Of a stretch of 64,000 nucleotides of DNA, positions 63,301 through 64,000 are shown one piece after another (position 1 is the stretch's first letter; the number at the start of each line of letters is the position of its first letter). The DNA lies in NCBI GenBank assembly GCA_013265495.1, contig MU058365.1:62001-126000 (forward strand). Reading direction: 5' to 3'. This DNA is from Vicugna vicugna. Taxonomy: Eukaryota. Made by a program: the position numbers and the translations under genes. A model generated the notes under the pieces. It saw only the letters and a program-made list of their open reading frames with translations, did not search any database and was not told where the DNA came from.

Positions 63301-64000
63301 AGCAAGGCAAGCAAGTGGGTTCCTTAAACAGTATGGAAAAAGAAATCAGATCATGTCAGGGCTTTGTGTTTCCGCAAGGTAGCTTTTTCCATTACTCAGC
63401 AGAAGCATTTTCTGGAGTCAGCTATAGCTTAATTTTAAATTTTAAAGAAGTCTCTAGGCAACAGGTCCCAGTTTCAGTTCCCTAGCTCTCTGTCTCCTTC
63501 AACTGGGCTATTTTCTAGAGATGTGGGGGAGAAATCATATGAATATTTCTGTTACACCTGAGGAGAGGTTTATTTTCTTTTAGCCTAAGAACATGGAAGT
63601 TTTAAAAATGGTGACCTTGCGTGTTCAAGTGAATTTGGGCATAGGAAAGATAAATGAGTGCTGTCTGGACTAAGGAAAAACTCTGAATCTAGGCTTGGCT
63701 TTAGAGATGGTTGTGATAAATCTTAAGGCCTCAAACATTTATATTTGGAATAGCAATATCAAAATTACACAAGGCCTAATACAAAATAGGAGCTTAAAAT
63801 ATTTGTTGTCCACCAACTCTTGAAATGTTGTTCTCACTTGACTTCTGAGATGCTACACTCCTGATTTACTTCCTACCCATCTGGCTTTTCTGTCTCCCTT
63901 CCAAGTTTGTTTTCCATAACCTGGGCATGAATGTTACAATTCTTTTAAGGCCCTATTGCTGACTTCTCACTGACTGTCCTGTTCTATTCTCTCCTCTCTG

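Noticed and set aside
62855..63485. Cluster of 60-97 aa ORFs on both strands
   Set aside because: No recognisable homology; not the TEX14 N-terminus; probably repeat-derived intronic sequence.
60967..64000. snRNA/snoRNA genes (U1, U3) recalled from TEX14 introns in other mammals
   Set aside because: No U1 or U3 sequence recognised in this part of the window.

Overview
Mammalian genomic DNA, probably camelid: it carries several copies of a tRNA-derived SINE resembling the camelid Vic-1 family. The window matches the conserved PPM1E-RAD51C-TEX14 locus (human 17q22 synteny, reversed). On the minus strand are the complete 9-exon RAD51C coding sequence (35313-60297; every intron GT-AG; 1116 nt, 371 aa) and coding exon 1 of PPM1E (16581-17026) in a CpG island, with 1-16580 being PPM1E intron 1. 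On the plus strand is the probable non-coding exon 1 of TEX14 (~60890-60966), head-to-head with RAD51C across a CpG-rich bidirectional promoter. The rest is mostly transposon debris: L1, L2, MIR, MaLR/ERV LTRs, Tigger/hAT elements and SINEs. I see no convincing evidence of a wholly new biological system. The most notable details are an atypical GTTAAGT splice donor in PPM1E, a stop codon and poly(A) signal built into the RAD51C intron-2 donor, loss of the human-type RAD51C Met1, a strong-Kozak uORF in TEX14 exon 1, an L1 that appears to carry a foreign 3' tail inside one TSD, a fold-back SINE insertion, and a retrocopied mRNA 3' end. Gene and repeat-family names and all human comparisons come from recall, not database searches, and repeat boundaries are approximate unless TSDs are given.
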